64,000 bases of DNA from an uncultured Bacteroidales bacterium (GTDB lineage: Bacteria; Bacteroidota; Bacteroidia; Bacteroidales; WCHB1-69). The DNA lies in the NCBI GenBank assembly GCA_937901455.1, contig CALDIA010000054.1, positions 69,224 to 133,223 on the forward strand. The letters run 5' to 3'. This document shows, one piece after another, positions 20,499 to 30,009 of this stretch. Within the stretch, counting starts at the first letter, position 1, and each line of letters starts with the position of its first letter. Under the pieces are notes generated by a model. It was not told where the DNA came from, made no database searches, and saw nothing but the letters and a program-made list of their open reading frames with translations. A program made the translations under genes and the position numbers.

Positions 20499-20948
20499 TC
20501 AGAAAGGCAAATCGTTGGCGGGATCTTCAGGAAAAGACTCCGTCTCGACAGGGGACTGCATTGATGTTGATACATCACCCTGATTCTGATTCTGCGTGAC
20601 GACAGGTGCATTCTCACTGCTCTTCGGTTCCAACATGGTGAATGTGCTCGCCTCAATCTCTGTGAAGTAGCGCTTCGTACCATTGTCATCCCAATTCCGT
20701 GTTCGCAACTTGCCCTCCACGTAAATCATCTTACCCTTGGTGAGATACTTCTCTGCCGTTTCCGCAAGATTTCGCCAACATACAATGTTGTGCCACTCTG
20801 TTATTTCTTGGCGATTACCATCCTTGTCCTTCCGATACTCCGACGTCGCCATAATGAAGGATGCCTTCTTTAACCCTCCTTCAAAGGTCCTGGTCTCCGG
20901 GTCCTTGCCCAAGCGGCCAATTAAGATTACTTTGTTAATACCAGACAT
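20499..20948 (-). CDS. ssb: Single-stranded DNA-binding protein
   Basis: The OB-fold N-terminus is INKVILIGRLGKDPE. The acidic C-terminal tip is ..DLPF. Confidence 0.95.
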   Translation of the reverse strand: MSGINKVILIGRLGKDPETRTFEGGLKKASFIMATSEYRKDKDGNRQEITEWHNIVCWRNLAETAEKYLTKGKMIYVEGKLRTRNWDDNGTKRYFTEIEASTFTMLEPKSSENAPVVTQNQNQGDVSTSMQSPVETESFPEDPANDLPF

Positions 20949-20974
20949 GTTATTTTGTTTTTATAAATCCGCAG

Positions 20975-20982
20975 CAAATATA
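20975..20982 (-). promoter_or_regulatory. -7 box TATATTTG for ssb
   Basis: The reverse complement of caaatata lies 27 nt upstream of the ssb ATG. Confidence 0.5.
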
Positions 20983-21022
20983 TAAATTTCTTATAAATTT
21001 ACAAAAAAATTATTATTATAAA

Positions 21023-22063
21023 CTATTTGTTAAAAATTGGCTTGTAATAGGACTCTTTTAATATTAGCTGAGCATTGCTGTTTTGCATCAGCTGCTCCAA
21101 TGTAATATCTTTATGATTAGCCATATAGCTGTTTACAATCCGCCAACCGATATAGGCTCCGATACGACCAGGCGACTGGTTTCCAAAATCTCTGGTGAAG
21201 GGCGTCTCGTCAATCATTCGTCGCAACACAGTCTCATCTTTTGAATATAAAAGTTGATTTTCGATGAAATATTGCCATACTTGTCCTTCATATTTTTTTG
21301 CCCATGCATACTTTTCTTCGGAATATCCAATGATGTCTTGTTCTTTCACATTCGGGAACATTGTTTGCGTGAAAAAGAGTTTCTTGCCCTCGTCCACCAT
21401 ATTGTCCAATAGCGTCAGCAATGTTTTGTCAGGAAGATGCCGATAACAGATGCTCTTGGAAAAGACGTCCGTAGCCATGTATTTTCGTTCGCAGCGGGCC
21501 GCAATGTATAACGGCATGCCCGCCTCAGAATAGTATTTGTATTTCTGTCCCAAGTACATATCCAGGCAGATGAAGACATCGTTGCCGTATCCGAATACCG
21601 ACGGGGAGGAAAAGTCCAAGCCCGGAATGAGGGTGATAATGGTCGGGATGCTGTCGTTGGGAAAGTGGGTGAGATAAATCTTGAAGGCATCCACCAGCGA
21701 TTTTTGAACGTCACTCATGTCAGCATATTGCTTTTGGCACTCTTGATACAATGCTTTGATAGTGGGATCCTTCAGATAGGCCTTCAACCCCTGCATCATC
21801 CGGTTGTCTTTCCAGCAATCTCGGGAGATGAGATTATCAGGATATTGCCCGTAAAGTTTCTCCATTTCGGCGGGTAGATTGTTAAGATCTGCCTGAAACA
21901 GGGCCTGCTCATATCGTTTTACAGGAACCTCGACCTGCTTGATTTCCTCTTTTTGCTCCTTGGTAAGTTCAGGCGTGGGAATTCGCTCTTTCTTATGGCA
22001 GCCAGTCAAGCAAAATAAGCACACAACCCCAACGGAAAGTACTATTAATCTTCTGATTTTCAT
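21023..22063 (-). CDS. gldB: GldB-like gliding-motility/T9SS-associated lipoprotein
   Basis: The lipobox is LTGC. Blocks resemble Flavobacterium GldB as I recall it: ..RYEQALF.., ..YIWQYFIENQLLYS.. and ..NQSPGRIGAYIGWRIVNSYM... The ending is ..YYKP... Confidence 0.65.
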   Translation of the reverse strand: MKIRRLIVLSVGVVCLFCLTGCHKKERIPTPELTKEQKEEIKQVEVPVKRYEQALFQADLNNLPAEMEKLYGQYPDNLISRDCWKDNRMMQGLKAYLKDPTIKALYQECQKQYADMSDVQKSLVDAFKIYLTHFPNDSIPTIITLIPGLDFSSPSVFGYGNDVFICLDMYLGQKYKYYSEAGMPLYIAARCERKYMATDVFSKSICYRHLPDKTLLTLLDNMVDEGKKLFFTQTMFPNVKEQDIIGYSEEKYAWAKKYEGQVWQYFIENQLLYSKDETVLRRMIDETPFTRDFGNQSPGRIGAYIGWRIVNSYMANHKDITLEQLMQNSNAQLILKESYYKPIFNK

Positions 22064-22091
22064 CTGGATATCAATTAATTAGAGAATGCAG

Positions 22092-22099
22092 CAAAATTA
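22092..22099 (-). promoter_or_regulatory. -7 box TAATTTTG for gldB
   Basis: The reverse complement of caaaatta lies 29 nt upstream of the ATG. Confidence 0.45.
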
Positions 22100-22218
22100 T
22101 AAAAAATATTTCAATGGGAAGAGAAGTAAACTATAAAAAACAACCGCTCTTGCCAGGATGTCTTAATCGAGACCGATGACCATAGCGTTTTTTTTCTTTA
22201 AGTATTGCAGGATATTTA

Positions 22219-22226
22219 TACTTTTG
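22219..22226 (+). promoter_or_regulatory. -7 box TACTTTTG for the small-lipoprotein/DUF4369/cinA/xerD unit
   Basis: It lies 19 nt upstream of the ATG at 22245. Confidence 0.5.
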
Positions 22227-22244
22227 CAGCCTAATTTTAAAAAG

Positions 22245-22412
22245 ATGAAAAAGTTGTTTTGCCTTTTTGTGGTGCTTTTGCTTGTAGCCACTTCATGTTC
22301 CCCTAAAATTGTGGGGGCGCGCCCGCATCGCCGCGATCGCAACTGTGGCTGTGAAGTACCTAATCCCTCAGACAGAGATTCGCTCATGACTTATACTTTA
22401 TATGCAGAATAG
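22245..22412 (+). CDS. 55-aa putative lipoprotein, unknown function
   Basis: The translation is MKKLFCLFVVLLLVATSC.. with lipobox ATSC. The mature part is Arg-rich with a CGC motif. Coding status is unproven. Confidence 0.4.
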   Translation: MKKLFCLFVVLLLVATSCSPKIVGARPHRRDRNCGCEVPNPSDRDSLMTYTLYAE

Positions 22413-22416
22413 AGGC

Positions 22417-23163
22417 ATGGCACATTATACACTGCTGTTTTTTCTCATTGTGTGCACCCTTTTTTCTTCATGTCACAACCAGAAGACGAAGGTGGTGATA
22501 GAGGGAGACTTGCACCATGGAGGAAACCGGATGATCAGGCTGGCGCGCATAGAGGATGCCGGCTTGGTGATGCTGGATTCTTGTTATATGCAGAATGGGC
22601 ATTTTGAGTTTAATGTAGTGGCGCGCACGCCGGAGGAAGGAACTATCCTCGCGCTGCCGATGCTATACCAACTAATTGTAAACCAAGATAATAGTATTAC
22701 CACAATGGCGCAAAGCAATGAACATCTTTCCGTGGTGGCAGATGCTGACAATATGATTCGCTCCTATCATGTGTTAGGGGGTGAGGAGGCCATGCTGATG
22801 GTTACATTGGACAGTGCCCTGACGGTCTTCATTCTGCAAACCGACTCTCTTTGGACTTGCTATCAGCAGGCGATGGAGAACGATTCTCTCAGAGTGCGGG
22901 TGGAGCAGGATTACAATGTTCTGGTGGAGCACCATACGGCCTTCCTTCGCCAGTTTATACAGGCTCATCCCAGCAATATGGCTTCCTATATCGCTTTTTA
23001 TCAGAGATATAACAGGAAGAAATTCTTTGATGAGGAAAAGGACTTTGAGCTTTTGGAGGCTTTGACTGACAGATTGTCGCAGCAATATCCGGATCATCCA
23101 TATATGATAAGGATGCAACAGAAAGTAGAAAACATCAAAAATCTAAAATATGATACTGATTAA
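22417..23163 (+). CDS. Lipoprotein with DUF4369-like N-terminal domain and no thioredoxin CxxC
   Basis: The translation is MAHYTLLFFLIVCTLFSSC with lipobox FSSC. The N-terminal beta-rich block (VIEGDL..RLARIED..GHFEF) resembles the domain that precedes TlpA-like thioredoxins. Confidence 0.5.
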   Translation: MAHYTLLFFLIVCTLFSSCHNQKTKVVIEGDLHHGGNRMIRLARIEDAGLVMLDSCYMQNGHFEFNVVARTPEEGTILALPMLYQLIVNQDNSITTMAQSNEHLSVVADADNMIRSYHVLGGEEAMLMVTLDSALTVFILQTDSLWTCYQQAMENDSLRVRVEQDYNVLVEHHTAFLRQFIQAHPSNMASYIAFYQRYNRKKFFDEEKDFELLEALTDRLSQQYPDHPYMIRMQQKVENIKNLKYDTD

Positions 23164-24400
23164 TGTTGGAGACGAGTTATTAATAGGACAGGTAATCAAT
23201 ACAAATGCAGCTTTCATAGGCCAACAGATGGCGGCAGCCGGTATTGAGATGAGCGAAGTGCTTACTATTGGAGATGATGCGGAAGCCATTCGTCAAGCTA
23301 TCATTACCTCTTTTGAGAAAACAGATTTCATCATCATGACGGGAGGGTTGGGACCGACCAAGGATGATATCACCAAAAAGGTGGTGTGTGGCTTTTTCAA
23401 CAAGGCGTTAGTGATGGATGAGGACACTCTGCGGGCGGTGACGGAGCGGTTTGCGGCGCGTGGGATGACTTTGACCGAGACAAACCGTCAGCAAGCCGCT
23501 GTGCCCGAAGGCTGTGAGGTGTTGCCCAACAGTCTGGGTACTGCACCTGGCCTATGGATTGAGCAAGACCAAAAGGTGCTGGTGATGCTGCCCGGTGTGC
23601 CCTTTGAGATGGAAAAACTGATTGTGGACACGGTTTTGCCAAAAATGTACGCTCGTCGCAACGATACCCACAGCATCCAATTTCGGGTGTTGCAGTGCAC
23701 TAATGTAACTGAGAGTGGCTTGTCGGATCTGCTGGAAGACTACGAGCGGCAGTTGCCCGAAGGCTTGGCGCTGGCCTATTTGCCCAAGCCAGGCATTATT
23801 CGCTTGCGCTTGTCGGGCAAGGGCGAAAATGGGCCGCTGCTCACGCAGACACTTGACACACAATTCCAAAAATTGAAAGATATGGTAGGGGAGTATGCCT
23901 TTACAGATGAGGATATTCCTATGGAAGAGGTAGTGGGCCGATTGTTGAAAAAGAGTCGCAAGACGCTGGCCACGGCGGAGAGTTGCACGGGAGGCTATAT
24001 AGCCCATCTGATTACCTCCGTGCCAGGCAGTTCACTTTATTTCAAGGGCTCGGTGGTGTCGTACAGTAATGAGGTGAAGCGGGAGGTGTTGAATGTGCGG
24101 GAAGACAACCTCCGCAAGCGCGGCGCTGTAAGTGAAGAGGTGGTCAGCGATATGGCCCTCAACGTGATGTCACTCTTGGATGTGGACTATGCCATTGCCA
24201 CCTCCGGGATTGCCGGTCCGGCTGGCGGCACTGACGAAAAGCCTGTTGGCACAGTGTGGATCGCCGTGGCTACGCCCGTGCGCTTGACAACACAGAAATT
24301 TCAGTTTGGCAATAGAATGGGCCGCCGACAGATTATTGAACGTGCCTCCATGGCTGCCCTTAACATGCTCCGCATTGAGATTGAAAAATATAAGAGATGA
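23150..24400 (+). CDS. cinA: CinA family protein (MoCF-like domain plus nicotinamide-nucleotide amidase domain)
   Basis: The N-terminus is MILINVGDELLIGQVINTNA. The C-terminal ..TAESCTGG.. motif is present. Confidence 0.92.
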   Translation: MILINVGDELLIGQVINTNAAFIGQQMAAAGIEMSEVLTIGDDAEAIRQAIITSFEKTDFIIMTGGLGPTKDDITKKVVCGFFNKALVMDEDTLRAVTERFAARGMTLTETNRQQAAVPEGCEVLPNSLGTAPGLWIEQDQKVLVMLPGVPFEMEKLIVDTVLPKMYARRNDTHSIQFRVLQCTNVTESGLSDLLEDYERQLPEGLALAYLPKPGIIRLRLSGKGENGPLLTQTLDTQFQKLKDMVGEYAFTDEDIPMEEVVGRLLKKSRKTLATAESCTGGYIAHLITSVPGSSLYFKGSVVSYSNEVKREVLNVREDNLRKRGAVSEEVVSDMALNVMSLLDVDYAIATSGIAGPAGGTDEKPVGTVWIAVATPVRLTTQKFQFGNRMGRRQIIERASMAALNMLRIEIEKYKR

Positions 24401-25287
24401 ATACCCTGCTCTCAAGATTTCGGCAGTATCTGGCACTGGAACGAAATAGGTCGAAGAATAGCATTGCGGCCTATACCCATGATGTTTCTTTACTGTTGAG
24501 TTTCCTCGATCCGACCCCGCCTGAGAAGGCCACCACAGAGCAACTGAAAGGGTTCCTGCAATATCTTTACGACCAAGGGATGTCTGCCCGCTCCCAAGCC
24601 AGAATACTGTCTGGGCTCAAATCTTTCTACTTTTTTCTGGTCTATGACGGTGTGATGGAAGACCAAGAAAACCCCACCCATCTGTTGGATGCGCCCAAGA
24701 TAGGCATGCATCTTCCCGATGTCCTCTCCTTGGAGGAGATAGAAGCCATCATCAACACGATTGACTTGAGTACCCCGGAGGGACACCGGAACCGAGCAAT
24801 GATAGAGGTGCTCTATGGCTGCGGCCTGCGGGTCAGTGAGTTGGTGACCCTCAAAATCTCTAACCTTTATTTTGATGAAGGTTTTATAAAAGTGCTGGGA
24901 AAGGGCAACAAGGAACGTTTTGTGCCTATTGGTGGCATGGCGCAAAGAATGGTAAACCTCTACATGGAGGGAGCCCGCAAGCAGTTAAAGGTACAGAAAG
25001 GAGAAGAAAACTATCTTTTCCTGAACCGACGGGGGCATCATCTGACGCGTGAGATGGTGTTCATGCTGGTGAAAAAGTGGACCGCTGAGGCAGGTGTTGA
25101 AAAAAGTGTCAGCCCGCATACATTCCGTCACTCTTTTGCCACCCACCTGATAGAAGGAGGTGCCGATCTTCGTGCCGTACAGCAGATGCTGGGCCATGAA
25201 AGCATCACCACCACCGAAATTTATACGCACCTGGATAATGAGTACATAAGAAGCAATATAGCCTCCTATCATCCCAGATACCGATAA
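24397..25287 (+). CDS. xerD: Tyrosine recombinase XerD
   Basis: The catalytic region is ..HTFRHSFATHLIEGGADLRAVQQMLGHESITTTEIYTH... It overlaps cinA by ATGA. Confidence 0.9.
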   Translation: MNTLLSRFRQYLALERNRSKNSIAAYTHDVSLLLSFLDPTPPEKATTEQLKGFLQYLYDQGMSARSQARILSGLKSFYFFLVYDGVMEDQENPTHLLDAPKIGMHLPDVLSLEEIEAIINTIDLSTPEGHRNRAMIEVLYGCGLRVSELVTLKISNLYFDEGFIKVLGKGNKERFVPIGGMAQRMVNLYMEGARKQLKVQKGEENYLFLNRRGHHLTREMVFMLVKKWTAEAGVEKSVSPHTFRHSFATHLIEGGADLRAVQQMLGHESITTTEIYTHLDNEYIRSNIASYHPRYR

Positions 25288-25301
25288 CATATATTCACAG
25301 G

Positions 25302-27089
25302 TTAATCCTCTGAATCAGCGGCAATGAAAGACTGGTATTCTGCAAGGAACTTGGCTTTTGATACAAATCCGATATAAACCCGGTTGCGGGTGATGATGGG
25401 CATGTTGAAGTTGCCAGTCTTGTTGAATTTTTCCAACACTTCCGAGGCAGTGTCGTCGTCATAAATAAATTCCCCAGGGTCAATCATCAGGTCTTCCACG
25501 CGCACAGTGTCATATTTTGACTGGTCGAAAATGGTAGGCCGATGATCATCCATCACGAGCAGGCCTTCAAAATGATGACTGTCGTCAGTGACCACAAAAA
25601 GGTTTCGCTTGCTGACGGCTATTTTTTCTGTATAGGTACGGAGGGTACTATGAATGGGGATAGTTAGAATATTAGTGTCTATAATCTTGTTCCATTGCAG
25701 TTTGCGGAGGGCGTATTTATTTTTGTTATGGGTTTTCAGATTGTCTTTTTCGGCAAGGTGGTAGGTGTAGATGGAATATTTTTCAAAAGGATAGACGCTG
25801 ATATAAGAGCAGGTGGCGGTGATCATCAAGGGGATAAGCAAGGTATAGCCGCCTGAAAGCTCGGCAATGAGGAAGATGGCCGTCAGAGGGGCTTGCATAA
25901 CGCCGGTCATGACGCCAGCCATGCCTGCCAGCACAAAGTTCGCGACGGGCACATTCCAGTGAAAAAGCTGTTGTGCGGTCAGGGCGATGAAGAGACCTAC
26001 AAAGGCTCCAATGAACAAAGATGGGGCAAAAACGCCACCCACGCCTCCCGAGGAGGTGGTCAGCGTAGTGGCCACCACTTTCAGCATAAAGATGGCCACA
26101 ATACCTATCAGAAGGATGTACGGTTGCTGGAATATGGCGGCAAAAGGAGAATTGGCAAAAAGATGGTCATATTGTCCGTTGATGATGGCGTTGATACTAT
26201 CGTAGCCCTCTCCGAAGAATGTGGGAATGAAAAGGATGAACAAGGAGAGTAGCGACCCTCCGATGACAGCTCGGGCATAGATGTTGGAGATGCGCTTGAT
26301 TTGCCTTTCGAGCCATCGCGTGGCGCGAAGGAAAAAGACGGACACCAAACCAGTCATTATGCCTAAAATGATGTATAGGGGTATATTACCCATCATGAAA
26401 GTCTGCAGCGGGTCAAAGGTGAACATTACCGTTTTGCCCCAGAAGAGAAGTGAGAAGACGGTTCCGGTGATGGCCGAGATGAGCAGGGGCAGGATGGCGC
26501 TCCCCGTCAGGTCAAGCATGAGCACCTCAAAGGTGAAGACGATAGCCGCAATAGGGGCTTTGAAGATGGCAGCCATGGCGGCAGTGGAACCGCATGCCAG
26601 CAACAAAGTGGTATGCTTGCTGTTCATCTTGAACATCCGCGCCACATTCGAACCTATAGCAGAGCCAGTCAGCACAATAGGCGCTTCCAAACCTACGGAA
26701 CCACCAAACCCTACAGTGATGGAACTCGCAACCATGGAAGAATACACATTGTGGAACCGCAATTTGCCGTCACTCTTGCAAATGGCTTTCAACACGATGC
26801 TCACCCCATGACTCAAATCATCCCGCACCACCTTTTTGACGAACAAAAGCGTCAGCATGATGCCAAAGGGCGGAAACAACAAGTAGAGATATTTTAAAGA
26901 AGAGTAGGTAAATATTTTGTTCACCGCAATGGAGGTGATGGAAAGCAGGTTCTTGATCACCACAGCGGCAGAAGCGCCTAAAATGCCAATCAAACAGCTC
27001 AATATCAAGATGATACCCCTTGAATTGAAGTGTCGCTCAAGCAGTCTTCTGAACTTGACAAACCGATAGTGTATGGGTTTTAAACGCAT
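25302..27089 (-). CDS. ClC-family chloride channel/antiporter with C-terminal CBS pair
   Basis: It has multiple transmembrane segments with GGSVGLEAP and GGVFAPS motifs, plus a CBS-like C-terminus. Confidence 0.9.
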   Translation of the reverse strand: MRLKPIHYRFVKFRRLLERHFNSRGIILILSCLIGILGASAAVVIKNLLSITSIAVNKIFTYSSLKYLYLLFPPFGIMLTLLFVKKVVRDDLSHGVSIVLKAICKSDGKLRFHNVYSSMVASSITVGFGGSVGLEAPIVLTGSAIGSNVARMFKMNSKHTTLLLACGSTAAMAAIFKAPIAAIVFTFEVLMLDLTGSAILPLLISAITGTVFSLLFWGKTVMFTFDPLQTFMMGNIPLYIILGIMTGLVSVFFLRATRWLERQIKRISNIYARAVIGGSLLSLFILFIPTFFGEGYDSINAIINGQYDHLFANSPFAAIFQQPYILLIGIVAIFMLKVVATTLTTSSGGVGGVFAPSLFIGAFVGLFIALTAQQLFHWNVPVANFVLAGMAGVMTGVMQAPLTAIFLIAELSGGYTLLIPLMITATCSYISVYPFEKYSIYTYHLAEKDNLKTHNKNKYALRKLQWNKIIDTNILTIPIHSTLRTYTEKIAVSKRNLFVVTDDSHHFEGLLVMDDHRPTIFDQSKYDTVRVEDLMIDPGEFIYDDDTASEVLEKFNKTGNFNMPIITRNRVYIGFVSKAKFLAEYQSFIAADSED

Positions 27090-27106
27090 TTGGATTATTA
27101 AAGCGG

Positions 27107-27114
27107 CAAAGATA
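27107..27114 (-). promoter_or_regulatory. -7 box TATCTTTG for the ClC gene
   Basis: On the coding strand the sequence reads TTTTTTTCTATCTTTGCCGC, 18 nt upstream of the ATG. Confidence 0.55.
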
Positions 27115-27190
27115 GAAAAAAATATGAACAGAAAATAAGTAGTTAGTTATAAGATATCTAATGTAGATTTATCAGCAAATATCTTTTTTG

Positions 27191-27198
27191 TATTTTTG
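27191..27198 (+). promoter_or_regulatory. -7 box TATTTTTG for the GAF gene
   Basis: It lies 29 nt upstream of the ATG at 27227. Confidence 0.5.
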
Positions 27199-27226
27199 CT
27201 GCCAGAATAAACCCAGAATTAATGAT

Positions 27227-27703
27227 ATGGAAGACTTGATAGTTTCTGGAAAGGACAAGAAAGAGTTATATGAAACGCTTATGCCTCAGATTGCTGCCGT
27301 GATAGACGATACGGTGGATCTGGTGGCGAACATGGCCAATGTGGTAGCTATGTTGCATGAAACGTTCCACTTCTGGTGGACAGGATTTTACCGTGTGCAG
27401 GGTGACCAGTTGGTGTTGGGTCCCTTTCAAGGCCCCTTGGCCTGTACCCGCATTGCCAAAGGCCAGGGAGTGTGCGGCACCGCCTGGCAACAAGGCCAAA
27501 CCATAATCGTACCCGATGTGACCCAATTTAAAGGGCATATTGCCTGTTCTTCAGCCTCCCGTAGTGAAATCGTAGTACCTCTCTTTCAAAACAACACGGT
27601 CATTGCCGTCCTTGATATCGACAGCCAGTTTGTGAATACCTTTGATGAAACCGACCAATGCTATTTGGGGAAAGTTATCAACTTGTTAGAGAAAATCGGT
27701 TGA
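27227..27703 (+). CDS. GAF-domain free methionine-(R)-sulfoxide reductase-like protein
   Basis: The motif is ..GQGVCGTAW....IVPDV..F.GHIACSSASRSEIVVPL... I trimmed the start to MEDLIVSG. Confidence 0.85.
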   Translation: MEDLIVSGKDKKELYETLMPQIAAVIDDTVDLVANMANVVAMLHETFHFWWTGFYRVQGDQLVLGPFQGPLACTRIAKGQGVCGTAWQQGQTIIVPDVTQFKGHIACSSASRSEIVVPLFQNNTVIAVLDIDSQFVNTFDETDQCYLGKVINLLEKIG

Positions 27704-27756
27704 AAACTATTGTAAATTTAACCGCATTTTGTTAAAAAATGAAGCATAGATTTCCT

Positions 27757-27764
27757 TATATTTG
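27757..27764 (+). promoter_or_regulatory. -7 box TATATTTG for the FISUMP gene
   Basis: It overlaps the track TTG start (27762), so the real start must lie downstream. Confidence 0.45.
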
Positions 27765-27782
27765 CGCTTTCAAAAACGGAAA

Positions 27783-28520
27783 GTGAAAATACTTTGTAAA
27801 CTACTATATATTACGATTTTATTGTTTTTGTGCCAGGCGTTGTCCGCACAAAAATCTTTTGTGGGCGACACGCTTTTGAAGTTGGGGATGCCTTGTAATG
27901 GAAATTTCATCATCACAGACCATCAGGGCAATACCTACAGGACGGTGCAGATAGGCTCTCAGTGTTGGATGGCAGAGAACATGCGATGCACCACCTCCCC
28001 TACGGGGCGCCAATGGTACACGAATCCCACCTTCACCAGCCATTCCCCGCTGTTCGTGCCCTATGTGAAGGAGCATAAGGTGGCCCAATATGGCAATCTT
28101 TACAATTGGGCAGCAGCGATGGATTTGGATGAGCGTACCGCCAAGAAGGTGAATCCGTACCAGCATCAAGGCATCTGTCCAGATGGGTGGCATCTGCCCA
28201 CTACCGATGAGTGGACAATACTCTTCAATACCTTGCAAGGTTCCAAACGAGCAGGCAGCGTAATGAAATGTCCCTCCTCGCTTTGGGAGTCACAGGTTTT
28301 CACTATTGAGAATGAGTGCGGTTTCAGTGCAATGCCCGCTGGCACCTTCACTGAAGATGGTCTGACCAATCTCGGTTTTAATGCGCAATTTTGGAGTGCC
28401 ACCTCTTTCGACCGCAACATGGCCTGGTATTGTGGTTTGTATAGCTACAACAACAATAGCGAGAACAACCTCGACTACAAGTGCTATGGTTGCTCGGTGA
28501 GATGCATCCGCAACGAATAA
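27783..28520 (+). CDS. Fibrobacter-succinogenes-major-paralogous (FISUMP) domain secreted protein
   Basis: Family motifs are GNLYNWAAA, CPDGWHLPTTDEW and ECGFSAMPAG. The putative GTG start gives MKILCKLLYITILLFLCQALSAQ. Confidence 0.8.
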   Translation: MKILCKLLYITILLFLCQALSAQKSFVGDTLLKLGMPCNGNFIITDHQGNTYRTVQIGSQCWMAENMRCTTSPTGRQWYTNPTFTSHSPLFVPYVKEHKVAQYGNLYNWAAAMDLDERTAKKVNPYQHQGICPDGWHLPTTDEWTILFNTLQGSKRAGSVMKCPSSLWESQVFTIENECGFSAMPAGTFTEDGLTNLGFNAQFWSATSFDRNMAWYCGLYSYNNNSENNLDYKCYGCSVRCIRNE

Positions 28521-28535
28521 CAGGTCAAGGTTCTC

Positions 28536-29840
28536 TTACTTCTTTCTGAAATAGATTTCCATAGGAACACCGGTAAAGTTCCAATTTTTACGTATCTGAT
28601 TCTCCAAATATCTTTTGTAAGAATCGACTACATATTGTGGCAGGTTGCAGAAAAAGGCGAAAGCCGGATAGGCCACGGGCAGTTGTGTCACATATTTGAT
28701 GCGGATGACCTTGTCTTTGTTCATGGGGGGAGGCGTCTGTTGGATGATAGGAAGCAACGTGTCGTTCAGTTCCGAGGTGGAAATCTTCAGACTCCGGTTT
28801 TGATACACTTGCACGGCAGTCTCTAACACTTTGTAGATGCGTTGTTTTTCCTTTACGGAGGTGAAGATGATAGGCACATCATTGAAGGGGGCTATTCTGT
28901 TGCGGATATGATCCTCGTATTGCTTGTGTGTATGGTTGTCCTTTTCAATCAGATCCCATTTGTTCATCACCAGCACCACACCTTTATGGTTGCGGGCAGC
29001 GAGACCGAAGATGTTAAGGTCTTGTTGCTCGAAGCCTTGTGAAGCATCGGCCATGACGATGCAGACATCAGCATTTTCAATGGATCGTACCGCGCGCATG
29101 ACAGAGTAGAATTCCAAATTCTCCTCTACTTTGCTCTTTTTGCGCAGGCCGGCGGTGTCAATCAGGTAGAAATCGAAACCGAAACTCTTGTATCGCGTGA
29201 AGACGGTGTCGCGAGTAGTGCCGGCCAAGGGCGTTACAATATGGCGTTCCTCCCCCAGAAAAGCATTGATGATGGAGGATTTGCCCACATTGGGTTTGCC
29301 CACAATAGCAATGCGTGGCAGGTCGTCTGTGCTCTCCTCTTTGTCTTTGGAGAAATGTTGCACTACAACATCCAGCAACTCACCGGTTCCGCTGCCTGAT
29401 GCGGCTGAGATGGGGAAGATTTCGGGAATGCCCAATGCGTAAAACTCGGTGTAGTCCAAATAGTTGGCAGGACTATCAATTTTGTTGACAGCCAAGTAGT
29501 AGGGCTTTCCGGATTGGCGAAGTATGTCGGCCACTTCCTCATCCAAAGGGGTAAGCCCTTCGCGACCGTCCACCATTAGCACAATAACATCCGACTCCTC
29601 AATGGCTAAGGTTGCCTGTTTGCGGATTTCTGCCTCGAATATGTCGTCAGACCCCACCACATAGCCGCCAGTGTCAATGACCGAGAACTCGTAGCCGTTC
29701 CAGTCTGACTTGCCGTAGTGACGATCGCGGGTGACACCGGCCACAGAGTCCACTATAGCCTCGCGGGCCTTGATCAATCGGTTGAAGAAGGTGGATTTGC
29801 CCACATTGGGTCTTCCGATGAGAGATAGTATGTTTGCCAT
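28536..29840 (-). CDS. der: Ribosome-associated GTPase Der (EngA)
   Basis: There are two G domains (GRPNVGKST, GKPNVGKSS) and a KH-like C-terminus. I prefer the ATG at 29840 to the track TTG at 29846. Confidence 0.95.
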   Translation of the reverse strand: MANILSLIGRPNVGKSTFFNRLIKAREAIVDSVAGVTRDRHYGKSDWNGYEFSVIDTGGYVVGSDDIFEAEIRKQATLAIEESDVIVLMVDGREGLTPLDEEVADILRQSGKPYYLAVNKIDSPANYLDYTEFYALGIPEIFPISAASGSGTGELLDVVVQHFSKDKEESTDDLPRIAIVGKPNVGKSSIINAFLGEERHIVTPLAGTTRDTVFTRYKSFGFDFYLIDTAGLRKKSKVEENLEFYSVMRAVRSIENADVCIVMADASQGFEQQDLNIFGLAARNHKGVVLVMNKWDLIEKDNHTHKQYEDHIRNRIAPFNDVPIIFTSVKEKQRIYKVLETAVQVYQNRSLKISTSELNDTLLPIIQQTPPPMNKDKVIRIKYVTQLPVAYPAFAFFCNLPQYVVDSYKRYLENQIRKNWNFTGVPMEIYFRKK

Positions 29841-29876
29841 AATCAAGTAGTGTCAGATGTTTTTCTTTTCTGAGGG

Positions 29877-29884
29877 CAAAAATA
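29877..29884 (-). promoter_or_regulatory. -7 box TATTTTTG for der
   Basis: The reverse complement of caaaaata lies ~37 nt upstream of the ATG. Confidence 0.5.
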
Positions 29885-29943
29885 CACTTTTTCTCCGAAT
29901 ATAGCGGTGTTGACAAAAAGCCAAGGCCTCTTTGCGGTGCACC

Positions 29944-29982
29944 AAAAAAGAAAGAGAGGATGTACCAAGACACATCCTCTCT
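29944..29982 (-). terminator. Rho-independent terminator after gcvH
   Basis: A perfect 11-bp stem AGAGAGGATGT / ACATCCTCTCT with an 8-nt loop is followed on the minus strand by TTCTTTTTT. Confidence 0.8.
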
Positions 29983-30009
29983 TTGTGGTTTTGAAATAGT
30001 TTTGAAAAA

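Noticed and set aside
24397-25287. Whether the tyrosine recombinase is the integrase of a mobile element or an invertible-promoter switch.
   Set aside because: The sequence and length fit chromosomal XerD. The gene is ATGA-coupled to cinA, and I noticed no flanking inverted or direct repeats, tRNA junction or cargo genes.
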